The notes under the pieces are model-generated. The model saw only the letters and a list, made by a program, of their open reading frames with translations, was not told the origin of the DNA and searched no databases. Source: Methylophilales bacterium UBA4017 (GTDB lineage Bacteria > Pseudomonadota > Gammaproteobacteria > Burkholderiales > Methylophilaceae). From it: a stretch of 64,000 nucleotides of DNA. This document shows, in pieces, positions 1 to 9,879 of the stretch. The stretch's first letter is position 1, and every line of letters starts with the position of its first letter. A program made the translations under genes and the position numbers. The stretch covers positions 32,462 to 96,461 of the forward strand of contig DGAZ01000043.1 of NCBI GenBank assembly GCA_002384685.1, in the 5' to 3' direction.

Positions 1-405
1 TCAATATTGTACTTAATTAAGGTCGGTCTTTTAATACTAGGGACATTATTGGCAATGGTTCTGATTGTAGTTATTGGCAATACAATCCGACTACAAACCC
101 TGACATACCAAAATGAAATTGAAGTAAGTAGGCTGATTGGGGCAACAGACAGCTTCATTCAAAGGCCTTTTATTTATACAGGTATCTTTTATGGCCTAGG
201 TGGGAGCCTCGTGACAGGCGGGTTGTTAACTGTTATTTTAGAATTATTCAACCGGGTGGCATTCAAATTTGAATCCATACTTGGGGGGCTAATCATGCTT
301 ACAAACCTTCCTCCATCTAAATACATATTTATTACTATTTTTGCGATGGCGCTTGGTTTGTTAGCTTCTTATTTTTCCGCCTCTCGCTCAATAAAAACAA
401 TATAA
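1..405 (+). CDS. ftsX: Cell division ABC permease FtsX, C-terminal part (5' end outside window)
   Basis: IGNTIRLQ...EIEVSRLIGATDSFIQRPF motif; frame open from base 1; ftsX-rpoH order. Confidence 0.92.
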   Translation, partial: SILYLIKVGLLILGTLLAMVLIVVIGNTIRLQTLTYQNEIEVSRLIGATDSFIQRPFIYTGIFYGLGGSLVTGGLLTVILELFNRVAFKFESILGGLIMLTNLPPSKYIFITIFAMALGLLASYFSASRSIKTI

Positions 406-432
406 AATAGTTACTAACCACTTGTATTAAAT

Positions 433-461
433 GGAACTTTTTATTAAAATTAGCACTCTAT
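433..461 (+). promoter_or_regulatory. Possible sigma-E (ECF) promoter of rpoH, overlapping CIRCE
   Basis: GGAACTT at 433-439 and TCTAT at 457-461, resembling GGAACTT-N16/17-TCTRA. Confidence 0.45.
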
Positions 462-476
462 ATCAATGAGTGCTAA
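450..476. promoter_or_regulatory. CIRCE element (HrcA operator)
   Basis: Perfect TTAGCACTC-N9-GAGTGCTAA ending 19 nt before the rpoH ATG. Confidence 0.95.
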
Positions 477-495
477 AATTAACTTTAAATAACTT

Positions 496-1356
496 ATGAA
501 TAATCTAACTTTATCGACACCATATATCTCTGATGATTTTAATATCTATCAAGAGACAATAAGAAAAATACCTTCGCTCACAGCTGAGGAAGAGTATGAG
601 CTTGCCTCTCGACTAAAGAAAGATAACGATCTTACAGCGGCAAAACAACTAATTCTTTCGCATCTAAAATTGGTAATGAAGATAGCCCGATCATACAGCG
701 GGTATAATTTGCCGCACTCTGACCTAGTCCAAGAAGGTAATATTGGGTTAATGAAGGCGGTTAAAAATTTTGATCCTGACCGCGGTGTACGCTTAGTGTC
801 CTATGCCATATATTGGATTAAAGCAGAAATTCAGGAATATGTTGTTAAGAATTGGAGGTTGGTTAAAACTGCTACTACCAAAGCACAGCGAAAACTATTT
901 TTTAATTTAAGAAGCCTAAGAAAAACACTTCAACCATTAAGGCCTGAAGAGATAAAATCAATTGCTGAAGAATTGAATGTTAAGGAAGCGGAAGTAAGGG
1001 AAATGGAATATAGGCTCAATGGTAAAGAAACTACCATCGATTATTCCGAAGACGAGTCAGAAGATGAGCATTATAGGCCGATTTCATATCTTAAGGATGA
1101 AGCACTAACCCCATTAGAAAAGATCGAGCTTGATCAGACAGAAGGCAATGCATCCTTACTGCTTAAGCATGCACTATCAGAACTTGACGAAAGAAGTCGT
1201 GCTGTAGTTGAAGCTAGATGGCTTAACGAAAATAAGTCAGAAACCCTTAATGAATTAGCATCAAAGTTTAAAGTTTCTGCAGAAAGAATACGTCAGATAG
1301 AGCAAAATGCTTTCAAAAAAATTAAAGCTTTGATGATTTTGGATTCATCAATTTAG
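496..1356 (+). CDS. rpoH: RNA polymerase sigma-32 factor
   Basis: Region 2 DLVQEGNIGLMKAV, RpoH box QRKLFFNLR, region 4 VSAERIRQIE. Confidence 0.97.
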   Translation: MNNLTLSTPYISDDFNIYQETIRKIPSLTAEEEYELASRLKKDNDLTAAKQLILSHLKLVMKIARSYSGYNLPHSDLVQEGNIGLMKAVKNFDPDRGVRLVSYAIYWIKAEIQEYVVKNWRLVKTATTKAQRKLFFNLRSLRKTLQPLRPEEIKSIAEELNVKEAEVREMEYRLNGKETTIDYSEDESEDEHYRPISYLKDEALTPLEKIELDQTEGNASLLLKHALSELDERSRAVVEARWLNENKSETLNELASKFKVSAERIRQIEQNAFKKIKALMILDSSI

Positions 1357-1404
1357 CTTTTAACTACAATCTGCTAGAATTCGCTTTTAATCACATTATC
1401 CTAT

Positions 1405-1779
1405 ATGGCGAATTCTCCTACTCCAACAGAAATTAAACTTCATCAAGAGTCTAATCTTCTTGAGATTTTTTTTGACAATAAAACAGAGTGTATGTTGTCT
1501 GCTGAATTTTTACGCGTACATTCTCCATCAGCAGAAGTACAAGGACATTCGCCTAGCCAGGCTGTTTTACAGATTGGGAAGGAAAATATTGGTATAAAGA
1601 ATATCGAGCCAGTCGGTAATTATGCAATCAAAATAACATTTACCGATACCCACAATACAGGGATCTATTCATGGAGCTACCTTTACCATTTAGCGGAGAA
1701 TTATGACCAAATGTGGCTTGAGTATATCGGAAAGCTCGATGCAGCAGGACACAAAAGGACTGTCAATGAATCCCCATGA
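1405..1779 (+). CDS. DUF971 / gamma-butyrobetaine hydroxylase-like N-terminal domain protein
   Basis: LSAEFLRVHSPSAEVQGH and VGNYAIKITF.D.HNTGIYSW motifs. Confidence 0.85.
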   Translation: MANSPTPTEIKLHQESNLLEIFFDNKTECMLSAEFLRVHSPSAEVQGHSPSQAVLQIGKENIGIKNIEPVGNYAIKITFTDTHNTGIYSWSYLYHLAENYDQMWLEYIGKLDAAGHKRTVNESP

Positions 1780-2500
1780 GACTAAATTTGGCTTTCAAAC
1801 GATTAAAGAGTCTGAGAAAGTAGAGAGAGTTGGAAAAGTATTTAATTCTGTTTCAAGTAATTATGATCTGATGAATAATTTGATGTCATTGGGCCTGCAT
1901 AATGTATGGAAAAAGATATTGATTGATACAAGCTCACTTAAACCAAAAGCAAAAATTCTTGATATTGCTGCTGGAACAGCAGATCTAACACTAGCATTTG
2001 CTAAAGCTAATAAAAGTTATGAAATATTACAAACAGATATAAATCACTCCATGCTTATGGAAGGGCAAAAAAAACTTATAAATAATGGAGAAATTATTCC
2101 TGCAATAACATGTGACGCTGAAGCGCTTCCTTTCCCAAACAACTATTTTGATTGCGTAACTATTGCTTTCGGATTGAGAAATATGACTAAAAAAGAAGTC
2201 GCATTAAGGGAAGTCTACCGAGTCCTATCACCAGGAGGGAAAGTGCTTATCCTAGAGTTCTCACACATATACCAACCATTGCAAAAAATATACGACACTT
2301 TATCATTTAAAATTATTCCAATGCTAGGTAAATTTTTTGCTAAAGATGAATTAAGCTACAAGTACTTAGTCGAATCAATAAGAGTACATCCGACACAAGA
2401 GGAATTAAAAACAATGATGGAGGCTGAAGCATTCGAAAAAGTCAGTTACAGAAATTTGAGTGCAGGCATTGTGGCCATTCACAAAGGATATAAGTTTTAA
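1766..2500 (+). CDS. ubiE: Ubiquinone/menaquinone C-methyltransferase UbiE
   Basis: YDLMNNLMSLGLH, LDIAAGTAD SAM motif, YLVESIR; start moved to ATG 1766. Confidence 0.95.
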   Translation: MNPHETKFGFQTIKESEKVERVGKVFNSVSSNYDLMNNLMSLGLHNVWKKILIDTSSLKPKAKILDIAAGTADLTLAFAKANKSYEILQTDINHSMLMEGQKKLINNGEIIPAITCDAEALPFPNNYFDCVTIAFGLRNMTKKEVALREVYRVLSPGGKVLILEFSHIYQPLQKIYDTLSFKIIPMLGKFFAKDELSYKYLVESIRVHPTQEELKTMMEAEAFEKVSYRNLSAGIVAIHKGYKF

Positions 2501-3070
2501 ATGAATTTACAAAACCAAATTATTAATCATCTTCTCATTCAAAATGATTGGATGAGGGATGAATTAATTTTATTTAAAGGAAAAAATATTCATTTATCTA
2601 TAGAGCCATTTATATTGCAATTCAATGTTGATAAGAGCGGGCAATTATCATGCAGCGAAATTCAAAGTGAACCGGACACAACAATTAAAATGTCTCCGCA
2701 GGCATTCATAAAAATGATTACTAGCAAGCAAAAGAAGGGGATAGATATAAGTGGTGATGTTGACTTTGCAAATACTTTTTCTCAAGTTTTACTTAAAACA
2801 CGATGGGATATTGAAGAGGATTTAAGTCATCTGGTAGGAGATATAGCCGCAGTAGAACTAACTAAAGCCGGGAAGGCATTTTTTAAATCGACTAAAAAGG
2901 GTGTGCGAAATTTTGGTGAGGCATTAGTTGAATATTGGCAGGAAGAAGATCCGGTCTTAGCAATTAAGAATGAGGTAGAAAGATTTAACTCTGAAGTAGA
3001 TCTTCTTAAAGAAAAATTTTCACAGCTGGAAGCAAGAAGTGACAGGCTCATTAATGGAAATGATATATGA
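2501..3070 (+). CDS. ubiJ: Ubiquinone biosynthesis accessory factor UbiJ (SCP2 domain)
   Basis: ISGDVDFA and WDIEEDLSHLVGD motifs; lies between ubiE and ubiB. Confidence 0.88.
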   Translation: MNLQNQIINHLLIQNDWMRDELILFKGKNIHLSIEPFILQFNVDKSGQLSCSEIQSEPDTTIKMSPQAFIKMITSKQKKGIDISGDVDFANTFSQVLLKTRWDIEEDLSHLVGDIAAVELTKAGKAFFKSTKKGVRNFGEALVEYWQEEDPVLAIKNEVERFNSEVDLLKEKFSQLEARSDRLINGNDI

Positions 3071-4587
3071 GTTTTTTTCGCTTTCTATATGTAATTTTTA
3101 TCGTACTTAAATTTGGGCTAGACGAGTTCTTTAATACAAAATTAGCTGCATTTATTCACCTAGCATTATTTCCGGTTCGATTTAGTCATACAAAAAATAA
3201 TCGAGCTAAAAGGCTACGTTTAGCGCTAGAGAATCTTGGCCCTATATTTGTTAAGTTTGGTCAGATGCTTTCTACCAGAAGAGATCTTCTTCCAGATGAT
3301 ATTGCAAATGAGCTGGCTAAGCTTCAAGACCAGGTACCCCCATTTTCTTTTTCAATAGCAAAAAATATTATTGAAAAAACTTACAGGAAACCTCTTAAAA
3401 AACAATTTATTGATTTTCAAGAAATACCAGTCGCAAGCGCTTCAGTAGCACAAGTACATTTTGCGAAATTACATTCTGGGCATGAAGTAGCAGTAAAAAT
3501 TCTTAGGCCAAACATAAAAAAACAAATCCAAAAAGATATCAGACTTTTAGGTTGGGTTGCCTTTATACTTGAAGGATTATGGAGTGATGGCAAAAGATTA
3601 AAGCCTAGAGAGGTGGTAGATGAATTTGCTAGGCACACCAAATCGGAATTAAATTTATTGCTTGAAGCTGGTCATTGCAGCCATCTCGGAGATAACTTTA
3701 AGGATAAAAATCTCCTGGTTGTCCCTGATGTTTATTGGGATCATTGCTATGAAAATGTAATGGTTATGGAAAGAATGGATGGTATCCCAATCAGTAATAT
3801 TATTGCGCTAAATAAGCACAAAATTGATATACCTATGCTTGCAAAAAATGGAGTAGAAATATTTTTTACACAGGTATTTAGGGATGGGTTTTTTCACGCT
3901 GATATGCATCCAGGTAATATTCAGGTAAGAAGTGACGGAAAATACATAGCTCTTGATTTTGGTATTATGGGCACCTTATCCAATGAGGATAAAAAATATT
4001 TGGCTCGTAACTTTGCATGTTTTTTTAAACGAGATTACAGAGGGGTTGCAGAGGTTCATATTGAGTCAGGCTGGGTTCCACCAGAAACATCAGTTGATGA
4101 ATTTGAAAATGCTATTCGTTCGGTATGTGAACCTATTTTTAACAAACCCTTAAAAGAGATTTCTTTCGGAAAACTTTTAATTCGACTATTCCAGACATCC
4201 AGGCAATTCAATATGGAAATTCAACCCCAGCTCACCATGCTTCAAAAAACATTACTCAATGTTGAGGGTCTTGGCAGAGATCTTGATCCCGATCTTGATT
4301 TATGGAAAACGGCCAGCCCTTTTCTCGAAAAATGGCTTAAGGAAGAGATAGGAGCAAAAAAAATGATTGCCAATTTAAAAAAAGAATTGCCAAATTTTTT
4401 GAGTATTACTCCAAAAATTCCTACTTTAATCAAGGCCTATCTTGATAATAATCAATTAAATATTGTAGTTCAAAGAGACCTTAACAACACAATAAAGGAA
4501 CTAAAAAAGTTAAAAGTTTTTTGTTTCACCCTGCTGTTCAGTATTACAATTTTATTTATTTATGAGCTTTATCGTTATTTAAATTAA
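3067..4587 (+). CDS. ubiB: Ubiquinone biosynthesis kinase-like protein UbiB
   Basis: LGPIFVKFGQMLSTRRD, ASASVAQVH, FFHADMHPGN, DFG. Confidence 0.96.
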   Translation: MSFFRFLYVIFIVLKFGLDEFFNTKLAAFIHLALFPVRFSHTKNNRAKRLRLALENLGPIFVKFGQMLSTRRDLLPDDIANELAKLQDQVPPFSFSIAKNIIEKTYRKPLKKQFIDFQEIPVASASVAQVHFAKLHSGHEVAVKILRPNIKKQIQKDIRLLGWVAFILEGLWSDGKRLKPREVVDEFARHTKSELNLLLEAGHCSHLGDNFKDKNLLVVPDVYWDHCYENVMVMERMDGIPISNIIALNKHKIDIPMLAKNGVEIFFTQVFRDGFFHADMHPGNIQVRSDGKYIALDFGIMGTLSNEDKKYLARNFACFFKRDYRGVAEVHIESGWVPPETSVDEFENAIRSVCEPIFNKPLKEISFGKLLIRLFQTSRQFNMEIQPQLTMLQKTLLNVEGLGRDLDPDLDLWKTASPFLEKWLKEEIGAKKMIANLKKELPNFLSITPKIPTLIKAYLDNNQLNIVVQRDLNNTIKELKKLKVFCFTLLFSITILFIYELYRYLN

Positions 4588-4589
4588 AA

Positions 4590-6020
4590 ATGCTATTTCT
4601 TCTAGTTTCTATATATATCTTTTTTACCATTACAATTGGTATCTTTGCTGCTAGGAAGGTGAAAACAAGTAATGATTTTGCTGTTGCTGGAAGAAGCCTT
4701 TCTTTACCTGTAGTTATTGCAACTGTTTTTGCTACATGGTTTGGCGCTGAAGCCATCTTTGGTGTTTCTTCAACATTCATTGATGAAGGTTTGACTGGGG
4801 TGGTTGCCGATCCATTTGGCGCAAGCTTATGTTTAGTTATTGCTGGTGTAATTTTTTCTAAATACCTTTATAAATTCAACTTTTCAACACTCAGTACTTT
4901 TTATCGAAAAAGGTACAATCGAAGTATTGAGGTAATTATTACCCTTATTATTATTCTTTCTTACTTAGGCTGGGTCGCAGCCCAAATAACTGCAATTGGT
5001 CTAGTTCTGAAGGTTATAACAAATGGATTGATAGGTGAGTCACTAGGAATGATTCTAGGTACTATTGCCGTATTATCATATACAACTCTTGGGGGCATGG
5101 TTTCGGTTGCTATTATTGATCTTGTTCAAATGATTGTCATTATTATCGGGCTGATAATTACTGTATATTTTGTTGTTGAATTATCTGGAGGTATTATTCC
5201 CGTAATAAATTTAGCCTCCATGAATGGTAAATTAAATTTTTTTCCTAATGGTAATATATGGCTGTGGTTGTCCTTTGTTGGTAGTCTTATTACCATGATG
5301 TTGGGATCTATAACCCAGCAGGATGTTTACCAAAGAATAACTTCTGCAAGGACTCAAAAAATTGCTTTATGGGGTTCGCTTATAGGTGCTTTGCTGTATT
5401 TCTGTTTTGCTTTTTTACCAATGTTTATTGCCTATTCTGCTACTATCATTAATCCTGAATTTAGCGCAAATATAGATGCTCATGGCTCCGAAATTATATT
5501 GCCGTTATTTATCATGCAATATACTCCAATATTTGCGCAAGTAATTTTTTTTGGTGCAGTTATATCAGCAATAATGAGCACCTCAGCTGCCACACTTTTA
5601 GCTCCGTCTGTTATGTTTACTGAAAATATCCTTAGTGAATATCTTCCTGGCCTCACTGACAAGAAGAAATTACTGATAATGCGACAATCATTAATTGTGT
5701 TTGCAATAGCAGTATTGATTTATGCATTTAATTCAGAGCTAACGATTTTTGGTATGGTGGAGTCGGCTTATAAAGTAACTTTGGTTGGGGCTTTTACTCC
5801 CTTAATATTTGGAATTTTCTGGAAAAAAGCTAATGACTATGGGGCATTATTGGCTATAATACTTGGCGTCTTTTCTTGGCTTTCCCTGGAACTCTTATTC
5901 GGCGATCACTTCATAGTCCCTCCCCAGCTTATTGGTTTTGCTTTTAGTGTATTTGGTATGCTGGTTGGCTCTCTTGTATTCAAGCAGGATTTATCAAAAA
6001 AACTGATTATTCACACGTAA
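4590..6020 (+). CDS. Sodium:solute symporter (SSS/SLC5) family protein
   Basis: DFAVAGRSL, YTTLGGMVSV, QDVYQR, SAIMST motifs; many hydrophobic segments. Confidence 0.9.
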   Translation: MLFLLVSIYIFFTITIGIFAARKVKTSNDFAVAGRSLSLPVVIATVFATWFGAEAIFGVSSTFIDEGLTGVVADPFGASLCLVIAGVIFSKYLYKFNFSTLSTFYRKRYNRSIEVIITLIIILSYLGWVAAQITAIGLVLKVITNGLIGESLGMILGTIAVLSYTTLGGMVSVAIIDLVQMIVIIIGLIITVYFVVELSGGIIPVINLASMNGKLNFFPNGNIWLWLSFVGSLITMMLGSITQQDVYQRITSARTQKIALWGSLIGALLYFCFAFLPMFIAYSATIINPEFSANIDAHGSEIILPLFIMQYTPIFAQVIFFGAVISAIMSTSAATLLAPSVMFTENILSEYLPGLTDKKKLLIMRQSLIVFAIAVLIYAFNSELTIFGMVESAYKVTLVGAFTPLIFGIFWKKANDYGALLAIILGVFSWLSLELLFGDHFIVPPQLIGFAFSVFGMLVGSLVFKQDLSKKLIIHT

Positions 6021-6026
6021 ATATTT

Positions 6027-6842
6027 CTATTTTTGACATTGGTTACAAAAAAAACTTGAGCGCTGACCAAGTGTGCTTTGTAAAATGATTGACTGGCATT
6101 CATAACAATTTTTACCCTCTCTTCCATATACTTTATGCTCGTTTTGGAAGTAACCATTCTCTCCATTAACATCAAAAAAATCATTCATAGTGCTCCCACC
6201 TTTTAATATTGCCTTGCTAATAATATCCTTAATAGATGTAACTATAAGTTGCAACTCCTTCCTAGTTAGCTGACCTGATTTACGTTGTGGTTTAATGCCA
6301 GCATTAAATAATGCTTCGCTAGCGTAAATATTCCCTACCCCCACGACATTATGGGCATCCATAATTGAACTCTTAATACATTGTTTTTTATTTTTTAACT
6401 TACACTCTAGGTATTCGGCATCGAATTCTTTCTCTAACGGTTCAGGGCCTAATTTTTTCAATAGTCTGTGCTCTAGAGGATTATCTTTTGTCCATAATAT
6501 AGACCCGAACCTTCTAGGATCCGTGTATCTTAAAATTACAGCCTCGTCACTAAATACGAAATCAACATGATCATGTTTTTTTGGCTTTGATCCTTTCGGC
6601 ATTATGCATAAACGCCCCGACATACCAAGATGCAATATAAGTGTTCCTTTAGTAAATCTTGCCAGTATATATTTAGCCCTTCTTTTAAGCTCAAGAAGTT
6701 GTTGTCCTTCCAGTATGATTGGTAAATCGATAGGGATTGGCCAGCGAAGTGAATAATTTCTTATTACTACAGCTTTGACAAATTTAGTTATTAGAGGTGC
6801 TAAGCCCTGGCACGTAACTTCTACCTCGGGTAGCTCAGGCAT
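6027..6842 (-). CDS. mutM: Formamidopyrimidine-DNA glycosylase
   Basis: MPELPEVE N-terminus, HLGMSG, GVGNIYASE, C-terminal C4 zinc finger. Confidence 0.97.
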   Translation of the reverse strand: MPELPEVEVTCQGLAPLITKFVKAVVIRNYSLRWPIPIDLPIILEGQQLLELKRRAKYILARFTKGTLILHLGMSGRLCIMPKGSKPKKHDHVDFVFSDEAVILRYTDPRRFGSILWTKDNPLEHRLLKKLGPEPLEKEFDAEYLECKLKNKKQCIKSSIMDAHNVVGVGNIYASEALFNAGIKPQRKSGQLTRKELQLIVTSIKDIISKAILKGGSTMNDFFDVNGENGYFQNEHKVYGREGKNCYECQSIILQSTLGQRSSFFCNQCQK

Positions 6843-6845
6843 TAT

Positions 6846-7739
6846 TTAATCCGCTAGCGTAGTTATTGGTGGGTTTAGCATTGTAAACCCCAGGTCACTT
6901 GGGTAGCTATATAGTAATTTCTCATCATTACGATAAAGCTTTAATTGAGGATGTTCTTGTATCCTATAAAAAGTAATTTTTTTACCATCTTCTAAAACCA
7001 TATCAAAACTTTTGTAACCAATTCTGGGATCCATCTTATATGGCTCAACTGTTATTGATTCGGGGTTGCTCCACGTCATGCCAAACCATTCATCAGCCTC
7101 GTCTTGTTTTATTTCTGCCTTACTGCCCACTAAAGACCATGAGTTATTTAAATGATTTATTTTTAATCTAGACTCTTGCCATTGTTCTAGGCGCGAAAGA
7201 TCGTATTGTTTAACCTTTTCGTAGCTTGCAACAGCTTTCTTATCTATCAATTCTTCTGCTACAAATGATGCCGTTTCAGAAAAACCTCCGCTTACAAGAA
7301 AAATATTTCCGCGATATAGAATGTATTGATCTTCTGTCACAGGGTTATAAGTTCCAAATATAAATTCCTCTTTAAGTGAGTTATTAGAAAAAACAACTCT
7401 TAATGCAGGATTGTCTAAGCCAAATTTATCTAAATTTTCAGCTTTGAACTTGACTGAGCTTGTTGTTGCGAGCAAAGCTAAAATCCGATAAACGTAAAGT
7501 TCGTCTGCCCGTGCGTTATAGGGTTTATTCATTTTCCACCCATAGTCACCAAGAATGAAACTGGTTGTTGCTCTAGACGGGAAATATATATTTATTTCGT
7601 TAAAGGTAGATAATTTAAGATCCGAAACCGTTATTCTTTTAGATTCGATAGTATCCACTTCGTTATTACTAAGAGTGAAAATAGCAAGGGCAATGACGGC
7701 TAAAAATAAAGCAGCATTTAAAATCCATCTCTTATTCAT
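6846..7739 (-). CDS. DUF4340-like membrane-anchored periplasmic protein
   Basis: N-terminal TM; WKMNKPYNARAD and FGLDNP motifs; follows GldG-like gene. Confidence 0.7.
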   Translation of the reverse strand: MNKRWILNAALFLAVIALAIFTLSNNEVDTIESKRITVSDLKLSTFNEINIYFPSRATTSFILGDYGWKMNKPYNARADELYVYRILALLATTSSVKFKAENLDKFGLDNPALRVVFSNNSLKEEFIFGTYNPVTEDQYILYRGNIFLVSGGFSETASFVAEELIDKKAVASYEKVKQYDLSRLEQWQESRLKINHLNNSWSLVGSKAEIKQDEADEWFGMTWSNPESITVEPYKMDPRIGYKSFDMVLEDGKKITFYRIQEHPQLKLYRNDEKLLYSYPSDLGFTMLNPPITTLAD

Positions 7740-7740
7740 A

Positions 7741-9126
7741 TTAAGCTTTTCTTCTCCTATACCATACCCAAAAGCCTAACCCAAACAACCCAATAGGAAT
7801 GAAGTATTGAAATAGGTGAAAAATAGTCCAAGCAATTAATCTGCCCTTATCGTCTGCGGGTATCGTTACATTAACGTCTTTTAGCGGCATTGGTTGTATG
7901 GTAATCAGCTGGTCATCACCAGATAACCAATTAACCATATTAATCCCTAGATCTAAATTTCCGCCAGAAGTAATAAAATAATTGGACAGAAATGATGCAT
8001 TTCCTACCACAACAATTCTCTGACCTACATCACCGTATTCCCTGCTCATTGCCACAGCAATATTAACTGGTCCTTTCTTATCAAACGTAGGATCAAAGCT
8101 TAGCTTATTTTCTAGTTTCTTCTTGCTAGAAGTTAGCCAACCATTTGGAGCTACCTCGATCAAATTCGAAACTCTCCATCCATTCTCGTAAGTTCCTTTT
8201 GCAAAAACTTCATAGGCATCGGAGTACTGCGTTCTCAACATAAAGTTTTGGGTAATAGGGTGATCACCGTAGACTAACGCATAGGACACATCCTCGCTTG
8301 ATCCAAAGTTCAGCGACGATTTATCTACTACTTTTCCATCAGATAACCTTAATCCAAGATAATTTGCTAAATCATTTAGCCCTTGAAAGTTATTATCGTC
8401 AAGCAACCATAAAATATTTCCTCCACTTTCTACATACCGCAAAATCTTTTTGGCCTCCGGTTTAGTTACCGGAACTTGAGGGCTTGCTATAACTAACATA
8501 GCGCCTTCTTTTGGAACTTCATTAAGAGCAGTTAAGTCAGGATTGGAGAATTTAAAACCTTTACTTTCTAGTTGCTGTCCAAATGCACCAAGGTCATGAT
8601 TCTTTAGCCCTAATAAGTTTTTTTCGCCATGCCCATCTAAATACATTATTGGCTTATTGTTTGTTCTAGAAAGCCGTACTAACAAATTGGTTAACTCTTG
8701 CTCGGCAAAAGGTGGGGTAATATGCTCGGTTCTTTTGTTATATTCTACAATGACCTCGCCATCAGTCCTAATTCCAAGCTCTTCGACTAATTTTGGCTCT
8801 AGGGTTGGATTAATAAAGCTAATTGTTATGTCTTTTTTTTCTCTTTGATACTTTGCAACAAAATCAAGCAGGCCTTTTTTGAAGTTATCTCCTTTATTAG
8901 CATCATCATTTGTAGCAAAAACAGTCATATTGATTGGACCATTCATGCTTTCAAGAATCTCAATGCTGCCCTTGGTTAAAATACTTCTGCTAGCTTGGGT
9001 CATATCTTTAACAAAAACAAATTGATTGGACAATATCCCTATCAATAGAATAAGTGCAAAAAATAGCAAAATGAAAAAGCTATTTTGAAATAAATACTGA
9101 AGCCTTAATTTTTTATTGGTTTTCAT
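7741..9126 (-). CDS. GldG-family ABC auxiliary protein
   Basis: DMT...LT..S, EQELTNLL, GHGE, N.DLG.NMVNWL, C-terminal TM then RRRKA. Confidence 0.85.
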   Translation of the reverse strand: MKTNKKLRLQYLFQNSFFILLFFALILLIGILSNQFVFVKDMTQASRSILTKGSIEILESMNGPINMTVFATNDDANKGDNFKKGLLDFVAKYQREKKDITISFINPTLEPKLVEELGIRTDGEVIVEYNKRTEHITPPFAEQELTNLLVRLSRTNNKPIMYLDGHGEKNLLGLKNHDLGAFGQQLESKGFKFSNPDLTALNEVPKEGAMLVIASPQVPVTKPEAKKILRYVESGGNILWLLDDNNFQGLNDLANYLGLRLSDGKVVDKSSLNFGSSEDVSYALVYGDHPITQNFMLRTQYSDAYEVFAKGTYENGWRVSNLIEVAPNGWLTSSKKKLENKLSFDPTFDKKGPVNIAVAMSREYGDVGQRIVVVGNASFLSNYFITSGGNLDLGINMVNWLSGDDQLITIQPMPLKDVNVTIPADDKGRLIAWTIFHLFQYFIPIGLFGLGFWVWYRRRKA

Positions 9127-9130
9127 AGGG

Positions 9131-9877
9131 TTATCCAGTTAGCCTGTCTGAATCCAGACGCCTTATTGTCAAGGTAATGAAAGTGACAATAAACAACATA
9201 AAATATACAACGTCCGATGTATCGATAACCCCTCTTGTAAATGACTGGAAGTGTTTTGACATAGATATATGGTTAAACCAATGAGTAGGATCTGAGGCTG
9301 TGAAATTACCAAAAATTACCATAGCAAATAATGCAATAAACGTTGATATTGCTGCGATTATAGGCTGACTAGTTAAGCTTGAAAAATATATACCCAGAGC
9401 ACAGAAGCTTCCAATAAGAAGCATAAGACCGAACGAGTTCCCTATAAGGTAACCGAAATCAATGTCAGCCCAAATATTCATAGAACTCAACATGATAAAA
9501 ATATAGAGCACTAGAATACCAAGAAAAATCACCATTCCTAAGAACTTTCCAACAACGATCTCTGTTAATGAAATGGGAGCGCTAAATAAAAATGGAAGTG
9601 TTTGACTTCTTCTTTCCTCGCTAATCAATCTCATCGTTAAAATTGGAATTGCAACGGTCATTAAAAAGTTAGCTGCTCCGTAAACATTTTGTCCAACAAA
9701 GATTGTAATCCCTTGCCTCTCTGCCGGCCTAATTGATCCTGACATGACCTCAAAATACTTATTTACTCCATCTAGATAAAGAAAACCAAAACCAAACATA
9801 AGTAAGGCCAAGATAATCCATCCCATTGGCGATGCAAATAAGCTCTTGAGTTCTTTTCTAGCAATATTTATTATCAT
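9131..9877 (-). CDS. GldF-like ABC-2 permease
   Basis: IARKELKSLFASP, TMRLISEERRSQT, GKFLG, RGVIDTSDVVYF. Confidence 0.88.
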   Translation of the reverse strand: MIINIARKELKSLFASPMGWIILALLMFGFGFLYLDGVNKYFEVMSGSIRPAERQGITIFVGQNVYGAANFLMTVAIPILTMRLISEERRSQTLPFLFSAPISLTEIVVGKFLGMVIFLGILVLYIFIMLSSMNIWADIDFGYLIGNSFGLMLLIGSFCALGIYFSSLTSQPIIAAISTFIALFAMVIFGNFTASDPTHWFNHISMSKHFQSFTRGVIDTSDVVYFMLFIVTFITLTIRRLDSDRLTG

Positions 9878-9879
9878 AT

